Assembly: GCA_041495205.1 (NCBI GenBank)
Contig: JBGQCF010000005.1
Location: forward strand, 9,343-73,342
From: Gammaproteobacteria bacterium
Lineage (GTDB): Bacteria; Pseudomonadota; Gammaproteobacteria; Burkholderiales; JAHFRG01
Reading direction: 5' to 3'
DNA length: 64,000 nucleotides
How positions within the stretch are numbered: the stretch's first letter is position 1; each line of letters begins with the position of its first letter. Both the position numbers and the translations under genes were made by a program. A model generated the notes under the pieces. It ran no database searches and was not told where the DNA came from. It saw only the letters and a list, made by a program, of their open reading frames with translations. This document shows, piece by piece, positions 55,236 to 64,000 of this stretch.

Positions 55236-56849
55236 GTGAAATTGCAGCGCTTTGATGTGGTGATCATTGGCAGCGGGCTCGCCGGCCTCACGGCGGCGCT
55301 CAACCTCGCTGACCGCAAAAAAATCGGGCTGATTACCAAGAAAGCCCTGATTGACGGGGCCAGCAGCTGGGCACAGGGGGGAATTGCCGCGGTGTTGGGC
55401 GATGATGACTCGATTGCAGAGCATATTAGGGATACCCTGATCGCCGGCGCCGGCCTGTGCGATGAAACGGTGACACGTTATGTGGTGGAACACGGTCGTG
55501 GCAGCGTACAGTGGCTGATCAGCCAGGGGGTGCAGTTCACTCGTGACGCGGAGAGCGACAGCGGCTATCACCTCACCCGCGAAGGCGGCCATAGCCACCG
55601 CCGGGTGATCCATGCCGCCGACGCCACCGGGCATGTGGTGCAGACCACCCTGGAAGCCAAAGTCAAAGCCCATCCCAATATAATCGTGTTCGAGCACCAT
55701 ATCGCAGTGGACCTTATTAGCGGCAGGAAAATCGGGATTCCCGACAACCGCTGCTATGGCGTGTACGTGCTGGACAGCCTTGCCGATAAGGTCAAAACCA
55801 TCGCCGCCGACCACACCGTGCTGGCGACAGGCGGAGCAGGCAAAGTTTATCTCTACACCACCAGCCCGGACACCGCGACCGGGGATGGCATCGCCATGGG
55901 TTGGCGCGCCGGCTGCCGCATCGCCAACATGGAATTCATCCAGTTCCACCCTACCTGCCTTTACCACCCGCATGCCAAGTCATTCCTCATTTCAGAAGCA
56001 GTGCGCGGCGAAGGCGGGATTCTACGCCTGCCTGACGGCACACGCTTCATGCCCGCGCATGATGAGCGCGCCGAGCTTGCGCCGCGCGATATTGTGGCGC
56101 GCGCCATAGACTTCGAGATGAAAAAACGCGGACTGGATTGCGTCTACCTGGATATTTCGCACAAGCCGGCGGATTTTATAGTCGAGCACTTCCCCACCAT
56201 CCATGCCCGTTGCCTGGAACTGGGTATAGACATGACCCGCGAGCCGATACCGGTGGTGCCTGCAGCGCACTATATCTGCGGCGGCGTGGTCGCCGACCGC
56301 CATGGACGCACCGATTTGCCCGGCCTGTACGCGGTTGGGGAAACAGCGCATACCGGCATGCACGGCGCAAATCGGCTCGCCAGCAATTCGCTTTTGGAAT
56401 GCCTGGTATTCGGCCAGGCTGCGGCAAGCGATATCCTGGAGCAACCCTCAAAGCCGCGAGTTAGCCTGCCGGAATGGGACGAAAGCCGGGTCACCGACGC
56501 CGATGAGGAAATCGTGATATCCCACAACTGGGACGAGCTGCGCCGCTTCATGTGGGACTACGTCGGCATTGTGCGCACCAGCAAGCGTCTGGAGCGGGCG
56601 CAGCACCGCATCCGGTTGTTGCATGAAGAAATCAACGAGTACTATGCCAATTTCAGGGTGAGTGGGGATTTGCTGGAATTACGTAACTTGGTGATGACCG
56701 CCGACCTCATTGTGCAAAGCGCCATACTGCGTCATGAAAGCCGCGGCCTGCATTTCAGCCGCGATTACCCCACAGCTCTGCCAGAAGCGCGCAATACAGT
56801 GCTGCAGCAAAAAACCGAGGCTGTCAGTCAAGCGCTTAGGGCTATATAG
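55236..56849 (+). CDS. nadB: L-aspartate oxidase
   Basis: The 537 aa ORF has an FAD-binding N-terminus ([13 protein letters not shown]) and the blocks HPT and RGEGG. It lies divergent from rpoE, as in Pseudomonas. Confidence 0.95.
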   Translation: MKLQRFDVVIIGSGLAGLTAALNLADRKKIGLITKKALIDGASSWAQGGIAAVLGDDDSIAEHIRDTLIAGAGLCDETVTRYVVEHGRGSVQWLISQGVQFTRDAESDSGYHLTREGGHSHRRVIHAADATGHVVQTTLEAKVKAHPNIIVFEHHIAVDLISGRKIGIPDNRCYGVYVLDSLADKVKTIAADHTVLATGGAGKVYLYTTSPDTATGDGIAMGWRAGCRIANMEFIQFHPTCLYHPHAKSFLISEAVRGEGGILRLPDGTRFMPAHDERAELAPRDIVARAIDFEMKKRGLDCVYLDISHKPADFIVEHFPTIHARCLELGIDMTREPIPVVPAAHYICGGVVADRHGRTDLPGLYAVGETAHTGMHGANRLASNSLLECLVFGQAAASDILEQPSKPRVSLPEWDESRVTDADEEIVISHNWDELRRFMWDYVGIVRTSKRLERAQHRIRLLHEEINEYYANFRVSGDLLELRNLVMTADLIVQSAILRHESRGLHFSRDYPTALPEARNTVLQQKTEAVSQALRAI

Positions 56850-57273
56850 GCCCGGGCTTGTATTTCCAGCGCAGCAAAACGCGGAGTTTGCGAAAATCTT
56901 CGGAGTTGATCGCGTCGGGAAGAATCACCACATGCCTCGCCAGCCGCTCGCCATGGGCTTTGAGATTCAATACCGTAAGCGAAGCGGATACATAGCTGGT
57001 AGGAAGCAAAATACCGTCTAGCCGCCTCCCATTACGTGTTTCGATCACGCAAGTGCAATCTTCCCCTGTTTCCAGCGCGATTATCGAGTTTGGCGCGGCA
57101 AGCCGGGCATTGCGTTCGAGATAAAACACAAAACTGGTGCAGAAAGCCAGAATGGCAGCTACTTTCAGCCATATCGGCAGCGGCAGAACCAGGAACAGCC
57201 CTATCGCAATCGCATGAACTGCGCTAAGCAATAGAGTCAGATACACGGAAGGTTTAAGCCGGATGTTGAGCAT
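56842..57273 (-). CDS. YgfX/CptA-like (DUF1434) inner-membrane protein
   Basis: The 143 aa ORF starts at MLNIRLKPS, has two N-terminal TM helices, and ends with the block [17 protein letters not shown], comparable to E. coli YgfX DSMDEAEWRDLRRILL. Confidence 0.5.
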   Translation of the reverse strand: MLNIRLKPSVYLTLLLSAVHAIAIGLFLVLPLPIWLKVAAILAFCTSFVFYLERNARLAAPNSIIALETGEDCTCVIETRNGRRLDGILLPTSYVSASLTVLNLKAHGERLARHVVILPDAINSEDFRKLRVLLRWKYKPGPI

Positions 57274-57334
57274 TCTGTTTTGCCGCAGCGTCAGCAAGAT
57301 GCAGCCGGGTTTCGTCCAGCGTCGCAATCGCGAT

Positions 57335-57354
57335 GGAGTTAATCAGAGGTTCCT
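57335..57354. repeat. Solo terminal inverted repeat of the MITE family
   Basis: GGAGTTAATCAGAGGTTCCT followed by TA matches the right terminus of copy A (GGACCTAATCAGAGGTTCCT-TA). No internal element sequence is adjacent. Confidence 0.6.
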
Positions 57355-57417
57355 TAATTGTAATAAGCGCGCAAATCGTATATTTTACAGATTCCATGTT
57401 TTACACGCAGTACAACC

Positions 57418-58242
57418 ATGCCGAATAAACGCACGGCCTTTTTCATTTCCGACCGCACCGGCATCACGGTGGAGATGCTCGGGCACAGCCTGCTTACCCA
57501 GTTTGACGGGGTCGAGTTCAAGCAGATTACGATACCGTTCGTGGATACGAAGGAAAAAGCCAGGGAAGCCGCAAACCATATCAATGAAGTCGGACACGCC
57601 GAAGGCAGTTCTCCACTGGTATTCAGCACGCTGGTCAATCCTGAAATCAGCGCCGTGGTTGCGGCTGCAAACGCCTTGTTCATGGATTTTTTCCAGGTTT
57701 TTACCGGTCCGCTGGAAAATGCGCTTGGCGTTAAATCCTCGCACACTATCGGCCGCTCGCACAGCTTCAGCAACAGCTACGATTACCAGTCGCGCATAGA
57801 AGCCGTGAACTATGCTTTGGGTCACGATGACGGGGTGTCCACCCGTGACCTGAACCAGGCCGATTTGATTTTGATAGGCGTATCGCGCTGCGGCAAAACC
57901 CCGACGTGCCTGTACCTGGCTTTGCTGTTCGGCATCCGTGCCGCCAATTACCCGTTATTACTCGAAGATTTCAGTTCGATGACCCTGCCCGCGCAGCTTA
58001 AACCATTCCGCCACAAGCTCTACGGGCTGACCATTAATCCGGAGCGTCTGCAGCATATCCGTAATGAACGCAAGCCGGGCAGCCGCTATGCCACACTCGC
58101 CAACTGCCAATTCGAAATCAAGGAGGCGGAAGCGCTGATGCGCCAAGAAGGGATTCATTACCTCGATACTACGACCAAATCTATTGAAGAAATCGCCACG
58201 ACTATTTTGCATAAGTCGAATTTAGAGCGGCATATTTATTAG
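57418..58242 (+). CDS. ppsR: PEP synthetase regulatory protein (bifunctional kinase/pyrophosphorylase, DUF299)
   Basis: The 274 aa ORF begins FFISDRTGITVE and has a P-loop (GVSRCGKTPT). Confidence 0.9.
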   Translation: MPNKRTAFFISDRTGITVEMLGHSLLTQFDGVEFKQITIPFVDTKEKAREAANHINEVGHAEGSSPLVFSTLVNPEISAVVAAANALFMDFFQVFTGPLENALGVKSSHTIGRSHSFSNSYDYQSRIEAVNYALGHDDGVSTRDLNQADLILIGVSRCGKTPTCLYLALLFGIRAANYPLLLEDFSSMTLPAQLKPFRHKLYGLTINPERLQHIRNERKPGSRYATLANCQFEIKEAEALMRQEGIHYLDTTTKSIEEIATTILHKSNLERHIY

Positions 58243-58248
58243 CCCCAA

Positions 58249-59034
58249 TTAGTCGTTCTTTTCATCTTGCCTGATTTTTTCAAACAGACAGATTGCTGCG
58301 GCGGCGGCGGCATTCAGCGATTCCATTGTTCCCGGCATCGGTATCCTGATGCGCTCGTGGGCGGATTTCAGAAGTTGCGCTGATACCCCTGACCCTTCAT
58401 TGCCGATGATAAAAGCGATCGGCCCGCGGCAATCCGTCTGATACAGCGATTTCTTCGCATTTGGGTCGGTTGCGATGATTTTGCCTTTGAATTGTTTTAC
58501 CACGGCCAGCAGATCAGCATCCTCGAAAATCAACAGCCGGAAATGCGCGCCCATGGCGGCGCGCAGGGTTTTGGGTGACCATGCAAAGGCGCAGTTTTTC
58601 GAAAGAAACGCGCAGTCCACTCCCGCTGCTGCGGCTGAGCGCAGTATCGAACCCAGGTTTCCTGCATCCTGGATATTTTCCAGCAACACACAGAAGCGGA
58701 TTTTAGCAGGCTGCCCAGTGAGTACCGGGGCATTGATGATGGCAAGGATCCCGGCCGGTGAGACAACGGGGGAAATTTCATTGAACAGGGAATCAGGCAG
58801 TTCAAACGGATCAAGTCCGGGGATTTGCCGCAGCAGGCTTTGTATCTCGTTGTGCTTCATGCCGCTGGTGCTGACGACCACGGATTCCGGCACGCCGAAC
58901 ACCGAGCAGTAAGCAGACACCAGATGAGGGCCGTCAAGCAACGCTTTGCCGGTTTTTCTTCTTGCCCTGGATGAATGCGCGAGCTTCGAAAGCGACCTGA
59001 ACAGCGCGTTGTTGCGCGAGACGATGTGCTTCAC
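58249..59034 (-). CDS. TrmH/SpoU-family RNA 2'-O-methyltransferase
   Basis: SpoU motifs are present (NIQDAGNLGSILRSAAA, IIGNEGSGV, ESLNAAAAAAI). A GTG start at 59034 lies 7 nt downstream of the preceding gene's stop. Confidence 0.8.
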   Translation of the reverse strand: MKHIVSRNNALFRSLSKLAHSSRARRKTGKALLDGPHLVSAYCSVFGVPESVVVSTSGMKHNEIQSLLRQIPGLDPFELPDSLFNEISPVVSPAGILAIINAPVLTGQPAKIRFCVLLENIQDAGNLGSILRSAAAAGVDCAFLSKNCAFAWSPKTLRAAMGAHFRLLIFEDADLLAVVKQFKGKIIATDPNAKKSLYQTDCRGPIAFIIGNEGSGVSAQLLKSAHERIRIPMPGTMESLNAAAAAAICLFEKIRQDEKND

Positions 59035-59041
59035 GGGCCAG

Positions 59042-60346
59042 TTATTGCGGCTCGATGGCGCAGGTGCGGAAACCGCCGAACACGTCGCGCCGATCCGGCG
59101 TATAAAAATTACGCCAGCTGTTGCGCAACAGCCTCGCGCGAGTGGCGAAGCATCCGCCACGCAGTACTTTATGGTTGCCGAACCACGGTGCGGAATATTC
59201 CTTGTAAGGATCGGCTACGAACCCGGGATAAGGCAGAAACCAGTCGGCAGTCCATTCCCAGACATTACCCATCATTTGCCTTAAACCCCATGCGCTGTCG
59301 CCTTCCGGAAAAGCGTTAACGGAAGCGCTGCCCGCGGTGAAGCCGTCAAGGTTGGCATGTTTGCCAGCACGCTGATCGTTTCCCCAGGGGTAGCGCCGCT
59401 TGAGCGCGGTGTTGCCGGGCGCCGTTGCCGCTGCCATTTCCCATTCCGCCTCGGTGGGAAGACGCCGTTTAGCCCAGCGGCAATATGCTTCCGACTCGAA
59501 CCAGTTGACGTGGATGACTGCGTTGTGGGGCGGCAGTAAAACCCATTCATTGAAATGGCGCAACAGCCATGCGCCGTCTTTTTTGACCCAATACGCCGGG
59601 GCGTCCGCATGCGCGTCTTGCCTCCATCGCCAGCCCTGCTCCGACCACAGTTCACGGCGCTGGTAGCCGTCATCGCCTATGAACGAGACGAATTCGTCGT
59701 TGCTCACCGCGGTGCGCGAGATCCGGAAAGGCTTGACTTCGATTTCGTGCGCCCATTTTTCATTGTCGAATACAAACCCATCCTGAGGCGTTGCGCCCAG
59801 CATCATGGTTCCCGCGGATACCGCCACATCTTTAACGTAATCACCCTGTGTAATCGCTATTTGGGAAGGACTGGCAAACTTGGGCTTGGAATAACCGAGT
59901 GTTTGCCGGGTGTAGTAAAGCGCCTCTCCGTGCATGTCTTCATGAAACAACGCAAGGTGGGCAAAATAATCGAGGCTGTCATCTCCCCGCTGTAATTTAT
60001 CGAGCACGCGCTGCAATACCTCTTCCAGGTAAGCAAGTGTCTGATCGAGACCAGGTAACGACAGGCCCCAACGCGTGTCATGCGCAACCGTGGCCGAATC
60101 ATAAAGTGCATCGGCATGCGGCAGGATAGACGGGGTCAACGCCCCAGAGCCGCTGAAACGCAGGCACCAATACTCCTGGAACCATCCGACATGCCCTAGC
60201 TCCCACAATGGCGGATTGACAATGGCAAGTCTCGGCCCGAGCCATTGATTGCCGTTAAGATCGCTAACTAGCGCCAATGTGCGTTTTCTGGAGTCGCACA
60301 GTTGCTGGCCGAGATCCGCCTCATGCTGTGATGAAGGTGCGTTCAT
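59042..60346 (-). CDS. EgtB-family sulfoxide/selenoxide synthase-like protein (DinB-like N-domain plus FGE-sulfatase C-domain); SenA candidate
   Basis: The 434 aa ORF has an N-terminal DinB-type helical region. The C-terminal FGE-type blocks are NVWEWT, YPG and VLRGGCFATR. Confidence 0.75.
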   Translation of the reverse strand: MNAPSSQHEADLGQQLCDSRKRTLALVSDLNGNQWLGPRLAIVNPPLWELGHVGWFQEYWCLRFSGSGALTPSILPHADALYDSATVAHDTRWGLSLPGLDQTLAYLEEVLQRVLDKLQRGDDSLDYFAHLALFHEDMHGEALYYTRQTLGYSKPKFASPSQIAITQGDYVKDVAVSAGTMMLGATPQDGFVFDNEKWAHEIEVKPFRISRTAVSNDEFVSFIGDDGYQRRELWSEQGWRWRQDAHADAPAYWVKKDGAWLLRHFNEWVLLPPHNAVIHVNWFESEAYCRWAKRRLPTEAEWEMAAATAPGNTALKRRYPWGNDQRAGKHANLDGFTAGSASVNAFPEGDSAWGLRQMMGNVWEWTADWFLPYPGFVADPYKEYSAPWFGNHKVLRGGCFATRARLLRNSWRNFYTPDRRDVFGGFRTCAIEPQ

Positions 60347-60416
60347 CGAGTGCCGTGCCTTCTGATATAGTTTGAGACCCCTGATGGTTCCCTTATTATC
60401 ACAAGTTTATACCCGC

Positions 60417-61370
60417 ATGAACATCGTCATCATTACTCCCGCCGCCGCGCCTGCCCTGGGTGGTAACCGCAATACCGCGCAAAGATGGGGGCGTTACCTG
60501 AGGCGGTCCGGCCACCGTGTGAAGGTTCAAACCGCGTGGGACGAGCGCCCCGCCGACCTGCTGATCGCTTTGCATGCGCGCAAGAGCCATGACTCAATCA
60601 AACGCTTGGTCAGCCGCATGCCGCAGACGCCCTTGGTAGTTTGCCTTACCGGCACCGATTTGTACCGCGACATAAGAACCGATGCATCGGCGCAGGAGTC
60701 GCTGCGATTGGCGACACGTATTGTCGTACTGCAGGAAATTGCATTACACGAACTTTCAGCGAACGCGCGGAGAAAAGCACGGGTCATCTACCAATCCGCA
60801 AAACCCATTAAACCTGCAGCACCGCTCAAAAACAGCTTTGAAGTTTCTGTGATTGGCCATTTGCGCGAGGAAAAAGACCCTTTTCGCTGCGCCATGGCGC
60901 TGAGCTATTTACCACAAAGCTCTCGCATCCGCATTTGCCACATGGGCCGAGCGATGAGCGCCGAAATGGAAAGGCAAGCACTGCAGTGGATGGAACTTGA
61001 TCCGCGTTACCGCTGGATGGGAGAAATCCCGCACTGGCAGGTGCGCAAACGGCTTGCGCGCTGCCGCGCCATGGTCATCAGCTCACGCATGGAAGGCGGC
61101 GCCAACGTGATTTCGGAAGCGCTGATGGCGCACGTGCCGGTTATCGCGTCGCACATTCCGGGGAACAAAGGCATGCTGGGAGAAGACTATAGCGGCTATT
61201 ATCCAGTGGAAGACGAACGCAAGCTCGCCATGCTGCTGCAACGGCTGGAGACTGACCGCGGTTTTTGCGCTGCACTCAAAAAACAATGCGCGGCGCGCTT
61301 GCCGTTAGTACAGGAAAAGCGCGAAGCAGCAAGCCTTGAGAAGCTCCTGAAGGAGATCAGACGGCAGTGA
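60417..61370 (+). CDS. Glycosyltransferase resembling selenosugar synthase SenB (TIGR04348-type)
   Basis: The 317 aa ORF starts at MNIVIITPA and carries the blocks GGNRNTAQRW, LTGTDLYRDI, GHLREEKDP and SRMEGGANV. I assigned the family from memory. It lies divergent from the EgtB-like gene. Confidence 0.55.
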   Translation: MNIVIITPAAAPALGGNRNTAQRWGRYLRRSGHRVKVQTAWDERPADLLIALHARKSHDSIKRLVSRMPQTPLVVCLTGTDLYRDIRTDASAQESLRLATRIVVLQEIALHELSANARRKARVIYQSAKPIKPAAPLKNSFEVSVIGHLREEKDPFRCAMALSYLPQSSRIRICHMGRAMSAEMERQALQWMELDPRYRWMGEIPHWQVRKRLARCRAMVISSRMEGGANVISEALMAHVPVIASHIPGNKGMLGEDYSGYYPVEDERKLAMLLQRLETDRGFCAALKKQCAARLPLVQEKREAASLEKLLKEIRRQ

Positions 61371-61812
61371 TTTGGCCGAGGGCGGCCACAGCGATATTGA
61401 TCAGGCCCAAGGTTAAATTAATTGCGACCATGATGCGAATCTGGTTCAGCGCGGCACCCGCGGTTGTCCAGTCTTGTGCCGCGATTGAGCGCTGCAAGCG
61501 GCGAAACGGCGCGAAATACACATGCGCGAAAATCAGCATCATGATTAGGCCTATCAGCAGCATTGCATAGACATGCAGCGGCGCGCTCATACCGCCCGCT
61601 TGCCACATCATGTATGAACCGCTGCCGAGAATCAGCGCCACCGCGAGCCACACCCAGAAAAAGAAACGCTGCAGCACCCCCTGCCACAGTTTCAACCTTT
61701 GTGGCGGCTCGAGCTGCTGCGCTACGACCGGGCGCAATGCCAGGTAGGCAAAAAACATTCCGCCCACCCATACTACAACCCCTAAAACATGCAAAAGCCT
61801 GGTTACAGCCAT
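61357..61812 (-). CDS. Small 4-TM membrane protein (CopD-like)
   Basis: The 151 aa ORF begins LHVLGVVVWVGGMFF and has four predicted TM helices. Confidence 0.45.
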   Translation of the reverse strand: MAVTRLLHVLGVVVWVGGMFFAYLALRPVVAQQLEPPQRLKLWQGVLQRFFFWVWLAVALILGSGSYMMWQAGGMSAPLHVYAMLLIGLIMMLIFAHVYFAPFRRLQRSIAAQDWTTAGAALNQIRIMVAINLTLGLINIAVAALGQITAV

Positions 61813-61815
61813 AAT

Positions 61816-62394
61816 TTACGCACTTGCCTTAACAAGAGCTTTCACCGGCGCAAAGCTGCGGCGGTGAATTGCGCACACGCCGTGAGCCTGCAACGCCGCA
61901 AGATGCCGCGAAGTCGGATAACCTTTGTGCCGGTCAAAACCATATTGCGGAAAACGCAGGTGCAGTGCAAGCATTTCCGCGTCCCGCGCGGTTTTAGCCA
62001 GAATCGAGGCCGCCATGATTTCAGGAATTTTACTGTCCCCCTTGACGATGGCGCGTGTCGGAAATTTGAGCCGCGGGCAATGCAAGCCGTCAACTAACAC
62101 TTCAGCGGGTTCCAGTGAAAGGTTTTCTACGGCGCGCTTCATCGCAAGCAAGCTGGCTTGCAGGATGTTTAACCGGTCAATTTCTTCCACGCTTGCCGAG
62201 GCGATTGCCCAGGCGAGCGCGCAGCACTTGATTTCCGAAGCGAGTTGTTCGCGTCTTGCGGCACTCAATTGCTTGGAATCGGCCAGGCCGATGATCTTGC
62301 TCTGTGGATTCAACACTACGCAGGCGGCAAATACCGGGCCGGCAAGCGGCCCCCGCCCTGCTTCATCCACCCCGCAGATCAGCCATTGGCTCAC
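61816..62394 (-). CDS. rnhB: Ribonuclease HII
   Basis: The protein has the motif [14 protein letters not shown]. The GTG start at 62394 is preceded by AGGGGG. The upstream ATG at 62442 would overlap lpxB by 80 nt. Confidence 0.85.
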   Translation of the reverse strand: MSQWLICGVDEAGRGPLAGPVFAACVVLNPQSKIIGLADSKQLSAARREQLASEIKCCALAWAIASASVEEIDRLNILQASLLAMKRAVENLSLEPAEVLVDGLHCPRLKFPTRAIVKGDSKIPEIMAASILAKTARDAEMLALHLRFPQYGFDRHKGYPTSRHLAALQAHGVCAIHRRSFAPVKALVKASA

Positions 62395-63562
62395 TTGCCA
62401 CCCCCTGGCTTTCAAGATACGGCAATATGGCCAGCGCTGCACGTTCTCCCGTATTTTGCTTCAACACGGCATGAATGGCGCTGAATTTCCTGCGCAGCCG
62501 CTCTGTCACAGTCTTGTCTGCCAGCAGGTTAAGCAGGGCTTGCGACAGGTTTTCCGGGGTCGCGTCGCCTTGCAGGATTTCCGGAACGATGAATTCGCCC
62601 GCCAGAATGTTGGGCAGTCCTACGAAAGGCAGGTAGTACTTGTTCTTGACCATGTGAAAGCTGAGGTTATTGGCCTTGTAGGTGACGACCATGGGACATT
62701 TGAGAAGCAGCGCTTCCAGCGTGGCCGTGCCGGAAGCCACCAGCGCAACATCAGCAACAGTCAATGCGTGGTGCGCGTGGCCGAATAATATAGTCAGTGG
62801 CAAATCCTGCGCTTGGTTGCGGTACAAGGCGTTTGTAAACTGGTCATGCGTCTCGCGGCTGAGCAACGGTACTAAAAAATGCACACCGGCCAGCGCCTGC
62901 GAGATGAGCTTTGCGGTCGCAATAAAGGTGTCCGCCATGTAATGCAATTCATTTTGTCTGCTCCCCGGCAACAGCGCGATGACTTTGGCGTTAGGCAGCC
63001 GCCGCATTTGCTCCCTGGCTGCTTCGCGGTCAGGCACATCCGGCAGCATTTCGGCAAGCGGGTGGCCAACATAAGTCACCGGTATCCCGGCTTTCTCGTA
63101 TAGAGGCGGCTCGAAAGGAAATAATGCCAGCATGTGCGATACCGCGCGCTTGATCTTATGAATGCGCTCACCGCGCCAAGCCCAGATTGCAGGGCTTACA
63201 TAATGAATCGTAGGAATGCCGCGTTTTTTAAGTCTTTCCTCCAGGCCGAGATTGAAGTCAGGCGAGTCGACCCCGATCAAAAGGTGCGGGCGGTGCTGCA
63301 AGAAGTAATTGCACAGCTTACGGCGGATCCAGGCGATTTGCGGCAGACGCCGCAAGACTTCCATATAACCATGGACCGCAAGCTTTTCCATGGGAAAAAG
63401 CGAATGCAAGCCTGCTGCCTGCATTTTAGGCCCCCCAATGCCGATGAATTGCGCTTGCGGCAGACAGGTTTTCAAGGCGCTAATGAGGTGGCTGCCGAGC
63501 TGGTCGCCTGAAGCTTCAGTAGCAACTATTCCGATACTGGGGCGGGTTTGATGCGCGAGCAT
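62363..63562 (-). CDS. lpxB: Lipid-A-disaccharide synthase
   Basis: The 399 aa ORF has the blocks GEASGD-like (TEASGDQLG) and SGTATLE and sits in the lpxA-lpxB-rnhB order. Confidence 0.95.
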   Translation of the reverse strand: MLAHQTRPSIGIVATEASGDQLGSHLISALKTCLPQAQFIGIGGPKMQAAGLHSLFPMEKLAVHGYMEVLRRLPQIAWIRRKLCNYFLQHRPHLLIGVDSPDFNLGLEERLKKRGIPTIHYVSPAIWAWRGERIHKIKRAVSHMLALFPFEPPLYEKAGIPVTYVGHPLAEMLPDVPDREAAREQMRRLPNAKVIALLPGSRQNELHYMADTFIATAKLISQALAGVHFLVPLLSRETHDQFTNALYRNQAQDLPLTILFGHAHHALTVADVALVASGTATLEALLLKCPMVVTYKANNLSFHMVKNKYYLPFVGLPNILAGEFIVPEILQGDATPENLSQALLNLLADKTVTERLRRKFSAIHAVLKQNTGERAALAILPYLESQGVASEPMADLRGG

Positions 63563-63571
63563 TGGGCAGTG

Positions 63572-64000
63572 TTAGCGGATGACCCCGCGCTGGCTTTGTT
63601 CAAGAAATTCGACCAGTATGCGCAGCTCGGGGCATTGTGGCAGCTCTCCTGCAATCTCCCGTTTCGCTTGGTCCAGTGTTAGCCCGGATTTGTACAAGGT
63701 CTTGTAAGCGCGCTTGATGCCGGCTATGGCATCGGCTGCGAATCCGCGCCGCTTCAGCCCCTCGGAATTAATGCCGTGAGGCTTGGCGATGTTTCCGGAA
63801 GCAGTGACATAGGGGGGAACGTCTTGTCTCACAATGCTTCCGGCGCCCAGCATGCTGTGGGCGCCGATATGGCAAAATTGATGAATGCCTACGAGTCCAC
63901 CGAGCACCGCATAGTCGCCTACATGAATATGGCCGGCCAGATGCACGTTATTGGCGAAAATGGTGTGGCTGCCGATCTGGCAGTCATGCGCCAAGTGCAC
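63572..64000 (-). CDS. lpxA: UDP-N-acetylglucosamine acyltransferase LpxA, C-terminal part (5' end outside the window)
   Basis: Hexapeptide repeats are followed by the LpxA C-terminal helical domain (GINSEGLKRRGF...AYKTLY). The ORF is open to the window edge. Confidence 0.9.
   Translation of the reverse strand: MHLAHDCQIGSHTIFANNVHLAGHIHVGDYAVLGGLVGIHQFCHIGAHSMLGAGSIVRQDVPPYVTASGNIAKPHGINSEGLKRRGFAADAIAGIKRAYKTLYKSGLTLDQAKREIAGELPQCPELRILVEFLEQSQRGVIR

Noticed and set aside
55224-55973. Several long antisense ORFs lie opposite well-supported genes: 249 aa opposite nadB, 319 aa (25661-26620) opposite tatD, 287 aa (61925-62788) opposite rnhB/lpxB, 327 aa (31526-32509) opposite the MBL gene, and 247-253 aa ORFs opposite the RND permease.
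   Set aside because: Each is the mirror frame of a gene with strong family motifs. High GC content suppresses stop codons on the antisense strand, and the sequences are low-complexity and rich in Arg, Ala, Gly and His.
57254-57397. A 47-codon minus-strand ORF ([47 protein letters not shown]) lies upstream of and overlaps the YgfX-like gene. I considered it as a possible SdhE partner.
   Set aside because: It lacks the SdhE RGxxE signature, and part of it (KEPLIN) is simply the translated MITE terminal repeat. It is most likely spurious or at best a gene remnant.
1-64000. I searched by eye for CRISPR arrays, integrase, transposase or phage structural genes, reverse transcriptases, and rRNA, tmRNA or RNase P genes.
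   Set aside because: I found no regularly spaced direct repeats and no ORFs with the corresponding motifs. The only mobile-DNA signatures are the MITE copies and the tRNA-linked remnants reported above.

Overview
This window looks like chromosomal DNA from a beta- or gamma-proteobacterium; gene content and order suggest a Nitrosomonadales-like betaproteobacterium, but that is a guess. All protein family calls come from motifs and remembered family signatures, because no database search was possible. Three conserved housekeeping blocks are recognisable. Block 1 (8.5-26.6 kb) runs rne / rluC-HAD-Rieske-sppA ... maf / yceD-rpmF-plsX-fabHDG-acpP-fabF-pabC-mltG-tmk-holB-pilZ-tatD. Block 2 (38.2-41.2 kb) is tRNA-Leu/Cys/Gly-pgsA-uvrC, matching the E. 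coli uvrC-pgsA-glyW-cysT-leuZ order. Block 3 (44.5-56.8 kb) is acpS-pdxJ-recO-era-rnc-lepB-lepA-mucD-mucB-rseA-rpoE / nadB, the same order as Pseudomonas algU-muc-lepA. The left end carries a GC-rich tripartite RND efflux operon, and the right end carries rnhB-lpxB-lpxA. The most interesting region is an ~11.6 kb variable block (26.6-38.2 kb) between tatD and the 3' end of tRNA-Leu. It holds an RtcA RNA cyclase in line with a Walker-A-positive Lon-like protease and a tandem USP, divergent from an RNase Z/PhnP-like MBL hydrolase, with no RtcB or RtcR in the window. Next to that sit DUF99, DUF72, an orphan CapA-type metallophosphatase, a polymerase-less PolX-N-terminal HhH protein and a decayed SRAP/YedK pseudogene. 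Other notable items are a ~276 bp TA-flanked MITE family (two full copies, one splitting a conserved Rieske gene, plus one solo terminal repeat), tRNA-Leu-derived scar fragments, an EgtB/SenA-like plus SenB-like glycosyltransferase pair without selD, and an EF-P with Arg at the loop tip. No CRISPR array, prophage, integrase or transposase gene was seen.
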